This document shows, one piece after another, positions 18,988 through 28,500 of a DNA stretch of 56,219 nucleotides. The stretch's first letter is position 1. Each line of letters opens with the position of its first letter. The notes below the pieces were generated by a model. It saw only the letters and a list, made by a program, of their open reading frames with translations, did no database searches and was not told where the DNA came from. The position numbers and the translations under genes are program-made. This stretch comes from Bacteriovoracaceae bacterium UBA4573 (GTDB lineage Bacteria > Bdellovibrionota > UBA1018 > UBA923): assembly GCA_002387735.1 (NCBI GenBank), contig DGKJ01000120.1, positions 1-56,219 on the forward strand, written 5' to 3'.

Positions 18988-21144
18988 ATGAAGGATAAAC
19001 TTAAAGTATACTTGGGGGATTTAACTCATGACACAGTGGTTTTGGTGTCAGATACAATTCCTATCAATATTGGATTTGTAGCAACTTATTTAAAAAAGTC
19101 TCTTGGTGACGACGTAGAAATCACTTTGTTTAAATATCCAAATGAAATGGTTCAGGCATTGCGCGAAAATCCGGCCGACGTTGTAGCGCTCAGCAACTAT
19201 TCATGGAACAGTCATTTGTCTGAAAGGATGTCGGCTTTTGCGCACGAACAAAATCCGGCATCGATAACAGTTCAGGGCGGTACCAATCTCCCACACAGAT
19301 CAGAATTGCAAAAAGAGTTTCTTCTGACGAGGCCGGCCACCGATTTTTTTATAGAGCTGGAAGGAGAAGTAGCCCTTACCAATTTAGTAAGTAAGATCTT
19401 AGATTTTAGAAAAACCTTCGACGGAATGGGGAATAGGCTATTTCGTGATGCCCTCTTTTCAAAGGCGATTGATGGGTGCCTTTTTATACAACCCGAAACT
19501 CGCTCATCGGAGCAGCCCGTCTTTATAAAGGGTGAAAAACCAGCGCGACTTACCTGCCTTGATGAAATTCCATCCCCGTATTTAACAGGTATTTTAGATA
19601 AATTTTTCGATGGTAAACTGACGCCTTTCATTGAAACCAACCGAGGTTGTCCATTTACCTGTTCTTTTTGTCATACCGGTAGTTCCTATTTTAATAAAAT
19701 AAATCATTTTTCGGCAGAGCGAGTTCGCGAAGAACTCGCATACATTGCGCCGAGAGTGTCAAAGCTTGGAATCAGAAACTTACATGTTGCGGATACAAAT
19801 TTCGGAATGTACGCGAGAGATAAAGAAATTTGTGAAATGCTGCTTGAGTCGCAGAAACGTTATCTGTGGCCCACTCACATAATGGCGACAACAGGAAAAA
19901 ATAAAAAAGAACAGGTAATTGATATCACCCAAATGATGGGCACTTCTTTTTCTGTGAATATGTCAGTCCAGTCTATGGATGCCGAAGTTTTAAGAAACAT
20001 TAATCGTTCTAATATTAAATTAGAACACTATACCGAGATCACTCGCGTATTAAATGAACGCGGACGCGCGACCAAGGGCGAAGTGATTATTGGTTTGCCA
20101 GGGGAAAGTAAACAAACTTTCGTCGATGGACTGCGCAAAATTCTGGAAGCCGGTGTTAGCCAGGTTTCAATGTATTCTTTAATGCTTTTGCACGGGACCT
20201 CTTTTCAGGAACCCGAATACAGGGCGAAATACAAAATCGTTGGTAAATATCGAATTGTACCTTTGAATTTTGGAGAATACGCTGGAAAAAAGGTGTTTGA
20301 TACTGAGGAAGTCGGAGTTGAAACGCGTGATATGCCATTTGACGACTACCTTTGGATTCGTGGTTTGTGTCTACTCGTCGAAACGTTGCATAACAGCAGG
20401 CCTTATCATGAGTTTTTTAAGTACGCGGATTCGATAGGAATAAGTACTTTTGATTTCATATTGATGGTTTACAACCGTTTGGCTGAGGCACCACCAGCCA
20501 TAAAAGAGTTGATGAAGGAATTTATTGCCGAAACCCGAACTGAACTTTGGGATTCAGAAGAAGAACTGATTTCTTTTTACAGAAATGAAGCTAACTACCA
20601 AAAATTACTCGCAGGCGAATTAGGTGGGAATTTAATATTCAAGTATAAATCGTTAAGCTTGGTTAAGTGTAAAGGCGATTGGATAAAATTTCTTTCTAGT
20701 CTTTGTCTAGAATGGGGCCTTGCATCGGCACCGAATAAAGCAGTGGTAGATAAAGAAGTTGCTGCAATCTCGCAGTTTGTGGATAAACGACTTGATGGAC
20801 TTCTTCAGCCCGAAGCAAATACCTCAAATATTGAGATGGTGACCCATTATGATCTACTGGCCTGGAGAGCAAGCTCGGGCAAATCACTTTCTACTTTTTA
20901 TCGCGACGAGCCCTTTTCTTTCGAGTTTAAGTATTCGGAGGAACAGCTTGAGGCAAGAACAGATCAATTTAAAAGATATGGCACGTCAGTTAGTGCACTA
21001 AGTAAAATAGTTACTCGAGTAAGTAATGTGGAAAGTTTATTTAGAAAAGTTGCTTATGGTGCCGGTACAGATCTTTCTAAGCCAGATAGCACAGACTCAA
21101 AAATAGAGCAGGACTTATTTGTGCGATATTCAACTTCTGGGTAA
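18988..21144 (+). CDS. B12-binding-domain radical SAM protein (class B methylase-like), 718 aa
   Basis: N-terminal cobalamin-binding pattern (P..IGF.A.YL, DVVALSNYSWN, GG), ETNRGCPFTCSFC (CxxxCxxC), DTNFG, SVQS, IIGLPGES. Confidence 0.9.
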   Translation: MKDKLKVYLGDLTHDTVVLVSDTIPINIGFVATYLKKSLGDDVEITLFKYPNEMVQALRENPADVVALSNYSWNSHLSERMSAFAHEQNPASITVQGGTNLPHRSELQKEFLLTRPATDFFIELEGEVALTNLVSKILDFRKTFDGMGNRLFRDALFSKAIDGCLFIQPETRSSEQPVFIKGEKPARLTCLDEIPSPYLTGILDKFFDGKLTPFIETNRGCPFTCSFCHTGSSYFNKINHFSAERVREELAYIAPRVSKLGIRNLHVADTNFGMYARDKEICEMLLESQKRYLWPTHIMATTGKNKKEQVIDITQMMGTSFSVNMSVQSMDAEVLRNINRSNIKLEHYTEITRVLNERGRATKGEVIIGLPGESKQTFVDGLRKILEAGVSQVSMYSLMLLHGTSFQEPEYRAKYKIVGKYRIVPLNFGEYAGKKVFDTEEVGVETRDMPFDDYLWIRGLCLLVETLHNSRPYHEFFKYADSIGISTFDFILMVYNRLAEAPPAIKELMKEFIAETRTELWDSEEELISFYRNEANYQKLLAGELGGNLIFKYKSLSLVKCKGDWIKFLSSLCLEWGLASAPNKAVVDKEVAAISQFVDKRLDGLLQPEANTSNIEMVTHYDLLAWRASSGKSLSTFYRDEPFSFEFKYSEEQLEARTDQFKRYGTSVSALSKIVTRVSNVESLFRKVAYGAGTDLSKPDSTDSKIEQDLFVRYSTSG

Positions 21145-21162
21145 TTGATTGGTGTTCGTTTA

Positions 21163-22209
21163 ATGGACATGGAATTGCAGAGCGTTATGCGACGCAGGCT
21201 TCTGCTGGAAACTTTCCAGCGAGTCTCGTGGAAAAAAATTTTATTCAGGGGCCCAGTTTATCTTTTGTTTTTCCCTTACGCTTATTTTCTTTTGCAAAAT
21301 AATACGCTTCGAGTTTTTAAAAAAAAGAAACTTTCCATTCCATGTAGAGTTTGTGGGTCTTCTAACTCTACCCACGCTGGTTTTCGCAGAGCAGAGCCCC
21401 CTTATGCCTTCGACGAGCGAAAAGACAGTATAAACCTTTATGAAAAAAAAGGTTTTTTTGGCGACATTATTAGAAAATTTGAACCGTTTTTTCTAAAACT
21501 TGAGTGGAGGCGATGCAACGATTGCGGGAGCCTGTTCCAAAATTATCCACATACTGAGTCGAATCTTGATCGCTACTATTCGAGCTTAATTTCCGCAATG
21601 GAAATGACCGCATCGGCGCGCCGAATCAAAGAGTTGCCGGCAGTTTATTTTGTTGAACGTACGCAGCTGAAAAATGGCAAAGTGTTAGATGTGGGCGCCG
21701 CCTCGGGAGTGACATGCAATTATTTCAAAACTCATGGCCTAGAATCTTGGGGAATTGAGCCTTCACATGAAAGAGTGGCAGCATCTCGGGAACTCTTCGG
21801 TTTGGGTGATCGAATGGTTCAGGGTGTTTATAATCGGACGTCTTTTGCCCCTAGTTCTTTTGACGGTATAGTCACACATCACGTTATCGAACATGTGTTA
21901 AAGCCTTCCGAATTTATTGATGCGCTTGCGCTTCATTTAAAAAAAGGCGGATGGCTATTGCTTCAGTGCCCCTCTCTTGATTGCAATGTTTCAGCGACTC
22001 ATGGAATGCACATTGCAGCGTTTACGCTCGATGTAATGCAAAAATTAATTGAAAAAAAAGGTTTTAGGGTGGTCGAGTCATTTGTTGTACCTAAAAAGGT
22101 TTCTGAAATTCCAGAATCCTGGCGTATTAGTAATTCCCCGGAATTAAGCGAATACACTCGTTTTGGATCAATGTTGGGCGGTATGAGCATTCTCGCGCGA
22201 AAGGTGTGA
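21163..22209 (+). CDS. Class I SAM-dependent methyltransferase with N-terminal zinc ribbon
   Basis: CRVC...CNDC, VLDVGAASG, GIEPS, FDGIVTHHVIEHV..P, LKKGG; hydrophobic N-terminal stretch. ATG 21163 preferred over TTG 21145. Confidence 0.85.
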   Translation: MDMELQSVMRRRLLLETFQRVSWKKILFRGPVYLLFFPYAYFLLQNNTLRVFKKKKLSIPCRVCGSSNSTHAGFRRAEPPYAFDERKDSINLYEKKGFFGDIIRKFEPFFLKLEWRRCNDCGSLFQNYPHTESNLDRYYSSLISAMEMTASARRIKELPAVYFVERTQLKNGKVLDVGAASGVTCNYFKTHGLESWGIEPSHERVAASRELFGLGDRMVQGVYNRTSFAPSSFDGIVTHHVIEHVLKPSEFIDALALHLKKGGWLLLQCPSLDCNVSATHGMHIAAFTLDVMQKLIEKKGFRVVESFVVPKKVSEIPESWRISNSPELSEYTRFGSMLGGMSILARKV

Positions 22210-22212
22210 AAC

Positions 22213-23109
22213 ATGTTAGAGAATAAGTTTCCCGGTAAGGACCTCACGGAAGAAGATTTAAAATCAAAAGTTCCTCTTTGTGCAAAAAAATCCAGGGACC
22301 ATAGAACCATCGTGAAAGCGGCTGGTGTAGAATTCGGTGGAAAGCTAATTCCGATTTTCGCCGGGCCTAATGCTGTCGAGAATGAAAGCATGATTATGCG
22401 AACAGCAGAAGCAGTAAAAATGGCTGGTGCGCATTTCTTGAGGGCGGGCGCCTTTAAACCTTTGAGTTTTCCCTATCGAAGTGAAAAATATTTCGAACTG
22501 CGCGAAGAGGGGTTGAAACTTTTACTTAAGGCGAAGGCAGCTTTTCAAATTCCGATTATCACAGAAATTATGCACGAAACAAAGGTGGATATAGTGGCTG
22601 AAGTTGCCGATATTCTTCAGGTTGGTGCACGAAACATGCAAAACTACCCACTGCTCGAAGCAGTAGCCAGGACCTCAAAACCGATTATGCTTAAGAGACA
22701 CTACGGTGCTTCGCTTCGCGATTGGTTGGGAGCTGCCGAGTATATATTGCATGCGGGTAATCCGAATGTAATTTTATGTGAACGTGGGGTAGTGGTTCCT
22801 CACACACATCGCGCGACTTCGAGATTTCTTTTAGACCTTCAGGTTATACCGGCAGCGCAGGAGGTAACCCACCTCCCAGTAGTGACAGACCCTTCACACG
22901 CTACGTTTTGGAAGCCATGGGTTAAGCCAATGGCATTGTCGTCTATTGCAGCAGGCGCAGATGGCGTAATGATAGAAGTTCACCCGGATCCAGAAAATGC
23001 AGCAGTAGACCCATTACAGCCGATAGATTTTAGGGACTTCAAAGGTCTTATGAAGGACATGGAGCGCGTAGCTAACGCAATTGATCGAACGGTCGGTGTG
23101 TCTGCGTGA
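22213..23109 (+). CDS. Class I-beta DAH7P/KDO8P synthase family protein with altered active site
   Basis: AGP.AVE, RAGAFKP, ITE, DILQVGARNMQNYPLL, P.MLKR, ILCERG, DPSH, GVMIEVHPDP. Cys->Asn (codon 53) and KPR->KPL (codon 84) relative to DAH7P synthases. Confidence 0.88.
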   Translation: MLENKFPGKDLTEEDLKSKVPLCAKKSRDHRTIVKAAGVEFGGKLIPIFAGPNAVENESMIMRTAEAVKMAGAHFLRAGAFKPLSFPYRSEKYFELREEGLKLLLKAKAAFQIPIITEIMHETKVDIVAEVADILQVGARNMQNYPLLEAVARTSKPIMLKRHYGASLRDWLGAAEYILHAGNPNVILCERGVVVPHTHRATSRFLLDLQVIPAAQEVTHLPVVTDPSHATFWKPWVKPMALSSIAAGADGVMIEVHPDPENAAVDPLQPIDFRDFKGLMKDMERVANAIDRTVGVSA

Positions 23110-24470
23110 ATAAAAAGCTAGTTTCGATAATTGTGCGTACGAAGAACGAGGAGCGCTGGATTTCTGCAGCCTTGCAAGCAGTGTTTTCTCAGACTTATCC
23201 GAATTTTGAAGTAATCCTAGTAGACAATTTAAGTAATGATCGAACGCTAGAGAAAGCTAAAAAATTCGATGTTAGGGTCGTTTCCATAGAAGATTTTCTG
23301 CCGGGTAAAGCAATTAATCTCGGAATACGACAGTCAAAAGGTGAGTATGTGGTGTGCTTGTCGGGTCATTGTATTCCAGTTGACGATAAGTGGCTTGAAA
23401 CTCTAGTAAACACTCTAGAAGAGGATGCGAATTTTGCGGGCGTTTATGGGCGTCAACAACCGCTATCCTATAGTTCAGACCTTGATAAAAGAGATTTGAT
23501 AATTACGTTTGGACTGGACCGTCGAATTCAACATAAAGATCCTTTCTTTCACAATGCCAACAGCATTCTTCGAAGAAGCATTTGGGACCAAATTCCATTT
23601 GATGAGGCGGCTACGAACATCGAAGATCGAATATGGGCAAGCGCTGTTTTGAAAAAGGGTCTTAAAATTGTTTATGACCCGGATGCGAGTGTTTACCACT
23701 ATCATGGAATCCATCACGGTAGAGATCTGGGACGAGCAAAAAAAATCGTCAAAATACTCGAGACCTTGGAGTCTAAGACGCTTCGAAACCCAGGTAAGTC
23801 CGAAGTAAGAAAAGTCGCAGCGGTGATTCCTGTGCGGGGTTCAGATCTTGAGGTTTTTGCAGGACGCCCGTTGCTCGAATATTCAATCAGAAGCTCATGT
23901 GCGAGCAAACTCGTTGATCAAACGGTGGTAGTGTCGGAAGACGCGAAAGCTCTCGAATTGGCACGTCAGCTTGGTGCGGATATATGTTTAGAACGACCGG
24001 CGGAACTTTCATTTGACTACAGGGATATAACGGACACGTTGGTATTTGCAGATGCGGCTTTAGCAGCGAAGGGCCTCGCGCCAGACGTGGTCGTCTATCT
24101 TTCGGTGAATAGCCCGTTTAGAAGAAAACAGCTGATAGACTCAATGCTTCAAAAAATGTTTGAAAATAATTACGACAGCATCCATGCAGCATTTCCAGAG
24201 AATCGAACATGCTGGATCGAACAAAATGGGGAACTCGTGCTCGTTGGCGAGGAGTTTGTTCCAGCAAAGTACAGGGACCCTCTTTATATCAGCCTTTCAG
24301 GGCTTGCCACATGCGTTCACTCAGATGTTCTAAGAAGTGGGACAAGACTGGGTAAAAATGTTGGGCTTTTTCAAGTTGATGACTCGATTTCGCTAATGGA
24401 TATAAAAAAAATACCAAACAAAGAAATTGCGGGAAATTTAATGAGCGCCTGGGACAAGGAGTTCGGCTAG
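23106..24470 (+). CDS. Fusion: N-terminal GT2 (rhamnosyltransferase-like) plus C-terminal degenerate acylneuraminate cytidylyltransferase-like domain
   Basis: SIIVRTKNE, VDNLS.D.T, GKAINLG, GRQ.P, EDRIWA, VYHYHG; then IPVRG..FAGRPLLEYSI, VVVSED, RPAELSFD. GTGA overlap with the upstream synthase. Confidence 0.85.
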   Translation: MNKKLVSIIVRTKNEERWISAALQAVFSQTYPNFEVILVDNLSNDRTLEKAKKFDVRVVSIEDFLPGKAINLGIRQSKGEYVVCLSGHCIPVDDKWLETLVNTLEEDANFAGVYGRQQPLSYSSDLDKRDLIITFGLDRRIQHKDPFFHNANSILRRSIWDQIPFDEAATNIEDRIWASAVLKKGLKIVYDPDASVYHYHGIHHGRDLGRAKKIVKILETLESKTLRNPGKSEVRKVAAVIPVRGSDLEVFAGRPLLEYSIRSSCASKLVDQTVVVSEDAKALELARQLGADICLERPAELSFDYRDITDTLVFADAALAAKGLAPDVVVYLSVNSPFRRKQLIDSMLQKMFENNYDSIHAAFPENRTCWIEQNGELVLVGEEFVPAKYRDPLYISLSGLATCVHSDVLRSGTRLGKNVGLFQVDDSISLMDIKKIPNKEIAGNLMSAWDKEFG

Positions 24471-24478
24471 TGCCAAAT

Positions 24479-25435
24479 TCAAACGGCGGAAATCCATGTT
24501 TTCGTAGAAGACGCCACTTCGCACGCCTCTATGGCCGCTAAAGTCTGCATGGCTTCGTTTAGAGTGCAACAAATAGAAGTCTCGCCCGCTAACAAATGCT
24601 TGTGCATAAGAGAGTATGTAAAGTCCGAATTGACGCCGTGTTTCTCGATAATTTGTTCGTCTTGAGTAAATCTTTGTATTTCCAGTTGGCCAGTAATTAG
24701 GTCCGCAATCCACGTTCCCTTGTTTGAGTTTACGATCATGAATCTTTTAGCGGAACGATTGAGATAATTCATATGAACCACGACATTTGAGCACCGTTTG
24801 GTTTTTAGGAGGATGGAATACGCGTCGTCGCTATCGATCGTTACGTCGCTAATTTTACCTCCGAGTGCTGTTAAATTTGTCCATTCTCCAAAAATCCACT
24901 GGATATAATCAATCTCGTGACTCAGATCCCGGAGTACGCCGCCACCCAATTTTTTTTTTGCCGAATATGAATCTGTACCATTCGCTCTTTTGGGTCGCCA
25001 CGATGGAAGGTACTGCCCGACATAAACATTTACCGTAACAATAGTGTCATTGCCTAAAAGCTCTTTGAGTCGTTGGAGGACTGGAAGAAATCGTAAATTG
25101 TATCCAACACCACATAGCGAAAACGGGCTACTTATGGGGGCCTCTGGGCGTTTGTCGAAAACTGGCTTTTCGATCAGAAGGGCACCGGTGTAACCAACCG
25201 CTACGAGATTTCGATACGCATCGAAGTGGTCAGATGTATTGTTTGCGATGACTACATAATCAAAATGATCCCGACTAAATGCCTGCACTATAGAGTCATA
25301 GGTGCGGAATTTTCCCGCATCCTGTTTGGTTACGAGCGAAACAGATTTACAATGAGACTCTAGAATTCGAGCGTGTCGACTTCCGATCGAGCCGTAACCT
25401 ATTACCAAGGCGTTACGAGAGTTTGTGGGCTGCAT
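24479..25435 (-). CDS. Gfo/Idh/MocA family oxidoreductase (PtmF/ElaA-like)
   Basis: VIGYGSIGSRH, IANNTSDH, LIEKP, VGYNLRF, GQYLPSWRP, GGGVLRDLSHEIDY. Confidence 0.88.
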   Translation of the reverse strand: MQPTNSRNALVIGYGSIGSRHARILESHCKSVSLVTKQDAGKFRTYDSIVQAFSRDHFDYVVIANNTSDHFDAYRNLVAVGYTGALLIEKPVFDKRPEAPISSPFSLCGVGYNLRFLPVLQRLKELLGNDTIVTVNVYVGQYLPSWRPKRANGTDSYSAKKKLGGGVLRDLSHEIDYIQWIFGEWTNLTALGGKISDVTIDSDDAYSILLKTKRCSNVVVHMNYLNRSAKRFMIVNSNKGTWIADLITGQLEIQRFTQDEQIIEKHGVNSDFTYSLMHKHLLAGETSICCTLNEAMQTLAAIEACEVASSTKTWISAV

Positions 25436-25556
25436 GCGGACAGTCTATTGATTGCCAGTTTCGATTTCAATGGTCATATCCGAAATCCGAAGATTAACAT
25501 GAGTGCGAATTAGATAATTTATATTGGAACGAGAATGAGCTAAAGATGAGGCCATA

Positions 25557-26741
25557 GTGTCGAAAGAACAAATCATTCAATCAATAATTGACGGTATCAA
25601 AGAAGTTCTGCCAGGTTCAGGCAGTCCGAACGCGTCCTTCGAACTTCATGAGCCACGTTTTACCGGCAATGAGTTGAACTACTTGAAGCAATGCGTCGAG
25701 ACGGGTTGGGTATCTTCCCTCGGTGAATTTGTAACGAAGTTTGAAAAAGACTTGTCGAATTTTACAGGCGCTTCCCACGCGATTGCAACGTCCAATGGAA
25801 CTGCTGCACTACACACTTGTCTAATGCTCGTGGATGTAAAGCCGGGAGATGAAGTGTTGGTTCCAGCGCTTACCTTTGTAGCTACTGGAAATGTGGTAGC
25901 TTATTGTGCCGCTACACCAAACTTTTATGACTCTGAGCCCCACACCCTTGGAGTGAACGTTCAAAAATTGCGCGAGTACCTCGCCAGTAACTGTCGGGTA
26001 GTGGGTAGCGATTGTGTAAATAAGGCTACGGGCCGAAGAATTAGAGCCTTAATCGCAATGCATACATTTGGGCACCCGTGCGATTTGGCTCCACTCAAAG
26101 ATTTGTGCTTAGATTTTAAAATTCGACTTATCGAAGACGCCGCGGAATCGCTCGGATCATACTACAAAGGTGTACACACTGGCTTATTTGGTGAAGTGGC
26201 CGCTTTGAGCTTTAATGGCAATAAAATTGTAACTACTGGCGGAGGCGGCGCAATTCTCACGTCGGATCCCGAAATTGCTAGACGGGCCCGGCATCTTACT
26301 ACAACCGCCAAGGTGTCCCATCAGTGGGGCTTTTTTCATGATCAAGTGGGTTATAACTATCGCATGCCCAATATCAACGCAGCACTCGGCTGCGCTCAGA
26401 TGGAATCAATCGGGCAATTAATTGAAAATAAAAGACGCCTTGCCGCGCGTTACCAGAACGTATTTAATAACATTCCCGGTGTTCGGATTTTTAAAGAGGC
26501 GAACTACGCTCGTAGCAACTACTGGCTTAACGTGTTACTTTTGGAAAAAGCCGATGTAGGGGCTCGAGATCGGGTACTGGCCGCAGCGAACGCTGTTGGA
26601 ATTAAAGCCAGACCGGCCTGGACACTCCTTTACAAGTTACCGATGTTTCAGACCTGTCCACGCACCGACATGGCTGGATCGGAATTAATTGAAAATAGCC
26701 TTATCAATCTTCCCAGTAGTCCACACCTAGGAAAACATTAA
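25557..26741 (+). CDS. legC: PLP-dependent sugar aminotransferase, LegC-type
   Basis: LHEPRF.GNE..Y...C..TGWVSS.G, NGTAALH, PALTFVAT, IEDAAESLGS, SFNGNKIVTTGGGG, HDQVGYNYRMPNINAALG. Confidence 0.88.
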   Translation: MSKEQIIQSIIDGIKEVLPGSGSPNASFELHEPRFTGNELNYLKQCVETGWVSSLGEFVTKFEKDLSNFTGASHAIATSNGTAALHTCLMLVDVKPGDEVLVPALTFVATGNVVAYCAATPNFYDSEPHTLGVNVQKLREYLASNCRVVGSDCVNKATGRRIRALIAMHTFGHPCDLAPLKDLCLDFKIRLIEDAAESLGSYYKGVHTGLFGEVAALSFNGNKIVTTGGGGAILTSDPEIARRARHLTTTAKVSHQWGFFHDQVGYNYRMPNINAALGCAQMESIGQLIENKRRLAARYQNVFNNIPGVRIFKEANYARSNYWLNVLLLEKADVGARDRVLAAANAVGIKARPAWTLLYKLPMFQTCPRTDMAGSELIENSLINLPSSPHLGKH

Positions 26742-27631
26742 CAGTGCATTAAAGTAATAGCACCGTTTGAAAAGTGCATTAAAAGCATTACACGCGTCCA
26801 TTGGGTCGGAAGGCCGTGTAGATCGAACGAGCCGTTGGGACCCAATGCGGCTAACTGGGATTCTGAAGCCACATATCTAAAAACACCTCTCGGAGCTACT
26901 TCAGATGTGTGAGTGAATAATTCTTGGCCCGATTGATTTCTCAGGCGCAGACTAATTGCCTGCGACGAAGCACAGCGGTTTGTCGTAATTATTTCAACTC
27001 TTTGGCACCCAAGGTTTGAGCCAAATGGAATTTCGGGAAACCAAGAATAATTGCCCTTTTTTCCATAGAAAAGGTCGTACTTATCCGAGACTCCTTTTTG
27101 AAAAACCGCGTAGCGATCAATCCCGTGCACGAAAGCAGCAAAAGATTTTCCTTTGGTGAAACAATAATAACTACGATCAGCAAAATAAGCGTGTCCCTTG
27201 GTACATTCGGGCAAATCTAAAACCGCCTTAGGTACTGAAATGTGCCAAAGCAATGTTCCAACAGAAGAAGGAGATGAAAAAATGCTCTTTTCAGTGGCCA
27301 CAGAAATCTGCTTTGTTTCAAGGACACCCAATTCAAACTCCCTTTTTCCTATTTCTACGCCGTTACTATCAAACCACCATAGATTGACTTTAGTTCGGGT
27401 GTCGAGGTGCGGATAGTAAACTGAGTGGTGGTTGTAGATATAAAAAGTAGTATCAATCTCTCCGTCCGAGATCCATGGGTAGAGATCGTTGATTGCCCCA
27501 TATTTTCTCAGGCTAGGATTTTTTTCTTTTAGACTATGCGGAAGTCTATTCCTTATATGATTTTTGGCCCTTCGCAGGTGATGTAGTAGGGACTTTTTTA
27601 AGGATTCGTTTTGAGATGAGGTATTATTCAT
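26738..27631 (-). CDS. Hypothetical protein, 297 aa, two predicted beta-rich repeat domains
   Basis: Clean ORF with ATGA coupling to the upstream paralog; segments similar to the 522-aa protein. Confidence 0.8.
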   Translation of the reverse strand: MNNTSSQNESLKKSLLHHLRRAKNHIRNRLPHSLKEKNPSLRKYGAINDLYPWISDGEIDTTFYIYNHHSVYYPHLDTRTKVNLWWFDSNGVEIGKREFELGVLETKQISVATEKSIFSSPSSVGTLLWHISVPKAVLDLPECTKGHAYFADRSYYCFTKGKSFAAFVHGIDRYAVFQKGVSDKYDLFYGKKGNYSWFPEIPFGSNLGCQRVEIITTNRCASSQAISLRLRNQSGQELFTHTSEVAPRGVFRYVASESQLAALGPNGSFDLHGLPTQWTRVMLLMHFSNGAITLMHC

Positions 27632-28500
27632 TGCGTTAACCGGTTTTCTTTGTGAGATAGAAAATGATTTATCGCCCGCTCGCGAATTTCGTAAAAGTAT
27701 TTATTAGGCATTTGCAAATAAGCCTGTGGCGGGTGTGTGTGTTCGATCGAGACCCCTCCTCGCCTATTATTTACGTTTAAAAATAATGGGATTAGGATTC
27801 CCTCGTTCGAATAGCCAACCAAAGTAAATTGGCTCGGAGTTTCGCTGACTGAAGCGCTCGGAACAAGTTCTGAAAGCTTTAGTGCACACCCAGTAAAGCC
27901 GGGCACAGTTTTTCGGAGGCTTGAAACTTTTTTTCCATTAGCGTGGTGAAGGTCCACTGTGCAGGTAATCGGGTGAGAGGTCTCAGAATTTGTAGTGAAG
28001 TTTAAAAGAAGGAGATATGTTTCGATTTCCGTACTGAGCAAAACCTGACTGCTATGTACGATAAAATTAGCTCTTTTAGTGGCATTAAATGTGTAGGGTG
28101 CCTCGTAGACCACGCTACCAAAGGCTTTAAATCGATCGCGGTATTGCACTATCGACCGGAACATCAAAAACATTTCATGGTTAATATTGGTTAGGTCCAT
28201 TTCTGGAACTCTGTGTACTACGACAAGGTATGGCGACTTGAAGCCATATTTTTCAGTAAGTGAAGATACAGGAAAAAACTCTCTAGTATTGGGCGCCAAC
28301 TTGCCAACTTGGTACCTATCAACAAAATTTCCGGAAGGGTCGTAAACCGAAAACCAAACCTGGTGCGACTGCATAGAGTTCGAAATTCCCTTTGGGTTGA
28401 AAGAGCTCAAACCAACATATGCTTCTAAATCCAGGTCCGGAAAAACCATCATTGGCGTATATATCAATCGAAATGGATCTGCTTTCATGAGGGTGAACAT
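27628..28500 (-). CDS. Hypothetical protein, ~290 aa, two predicted beta-rich repeat domains
   Basis: Clean ORF (ATG 28500, or TTG 28506). The C-terminal half aligns by eye with the last domain of the 522-aa protein. Confidence 0.8.
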   Translation of the reverse strand: MFTLMKADPFRLIYTPMMVFPDLDLEAYVGLSSFNPKGISNSMQSHQVWFSVYDPSGNFVDRYQVGKLAPNTREFFPVSSLTEKYGFKSPYLVVVHRVPEMDLTNINHEMFLMFRSIVQYRDRFKAFGSVVYEAPYTFNATKRANFIVHSSQVLLSTEIETYLLLLNFTTNSETSHPITCTVDLHHANGKKVSSLRKTVPGFTGCALKLSELVPSASVSETPSQFTLVGYSNEGILIPLFLNVNNRRGGVSIEHTHPPQAYLQMPNKYFYEIRERAINHFLSHKENRLTQ

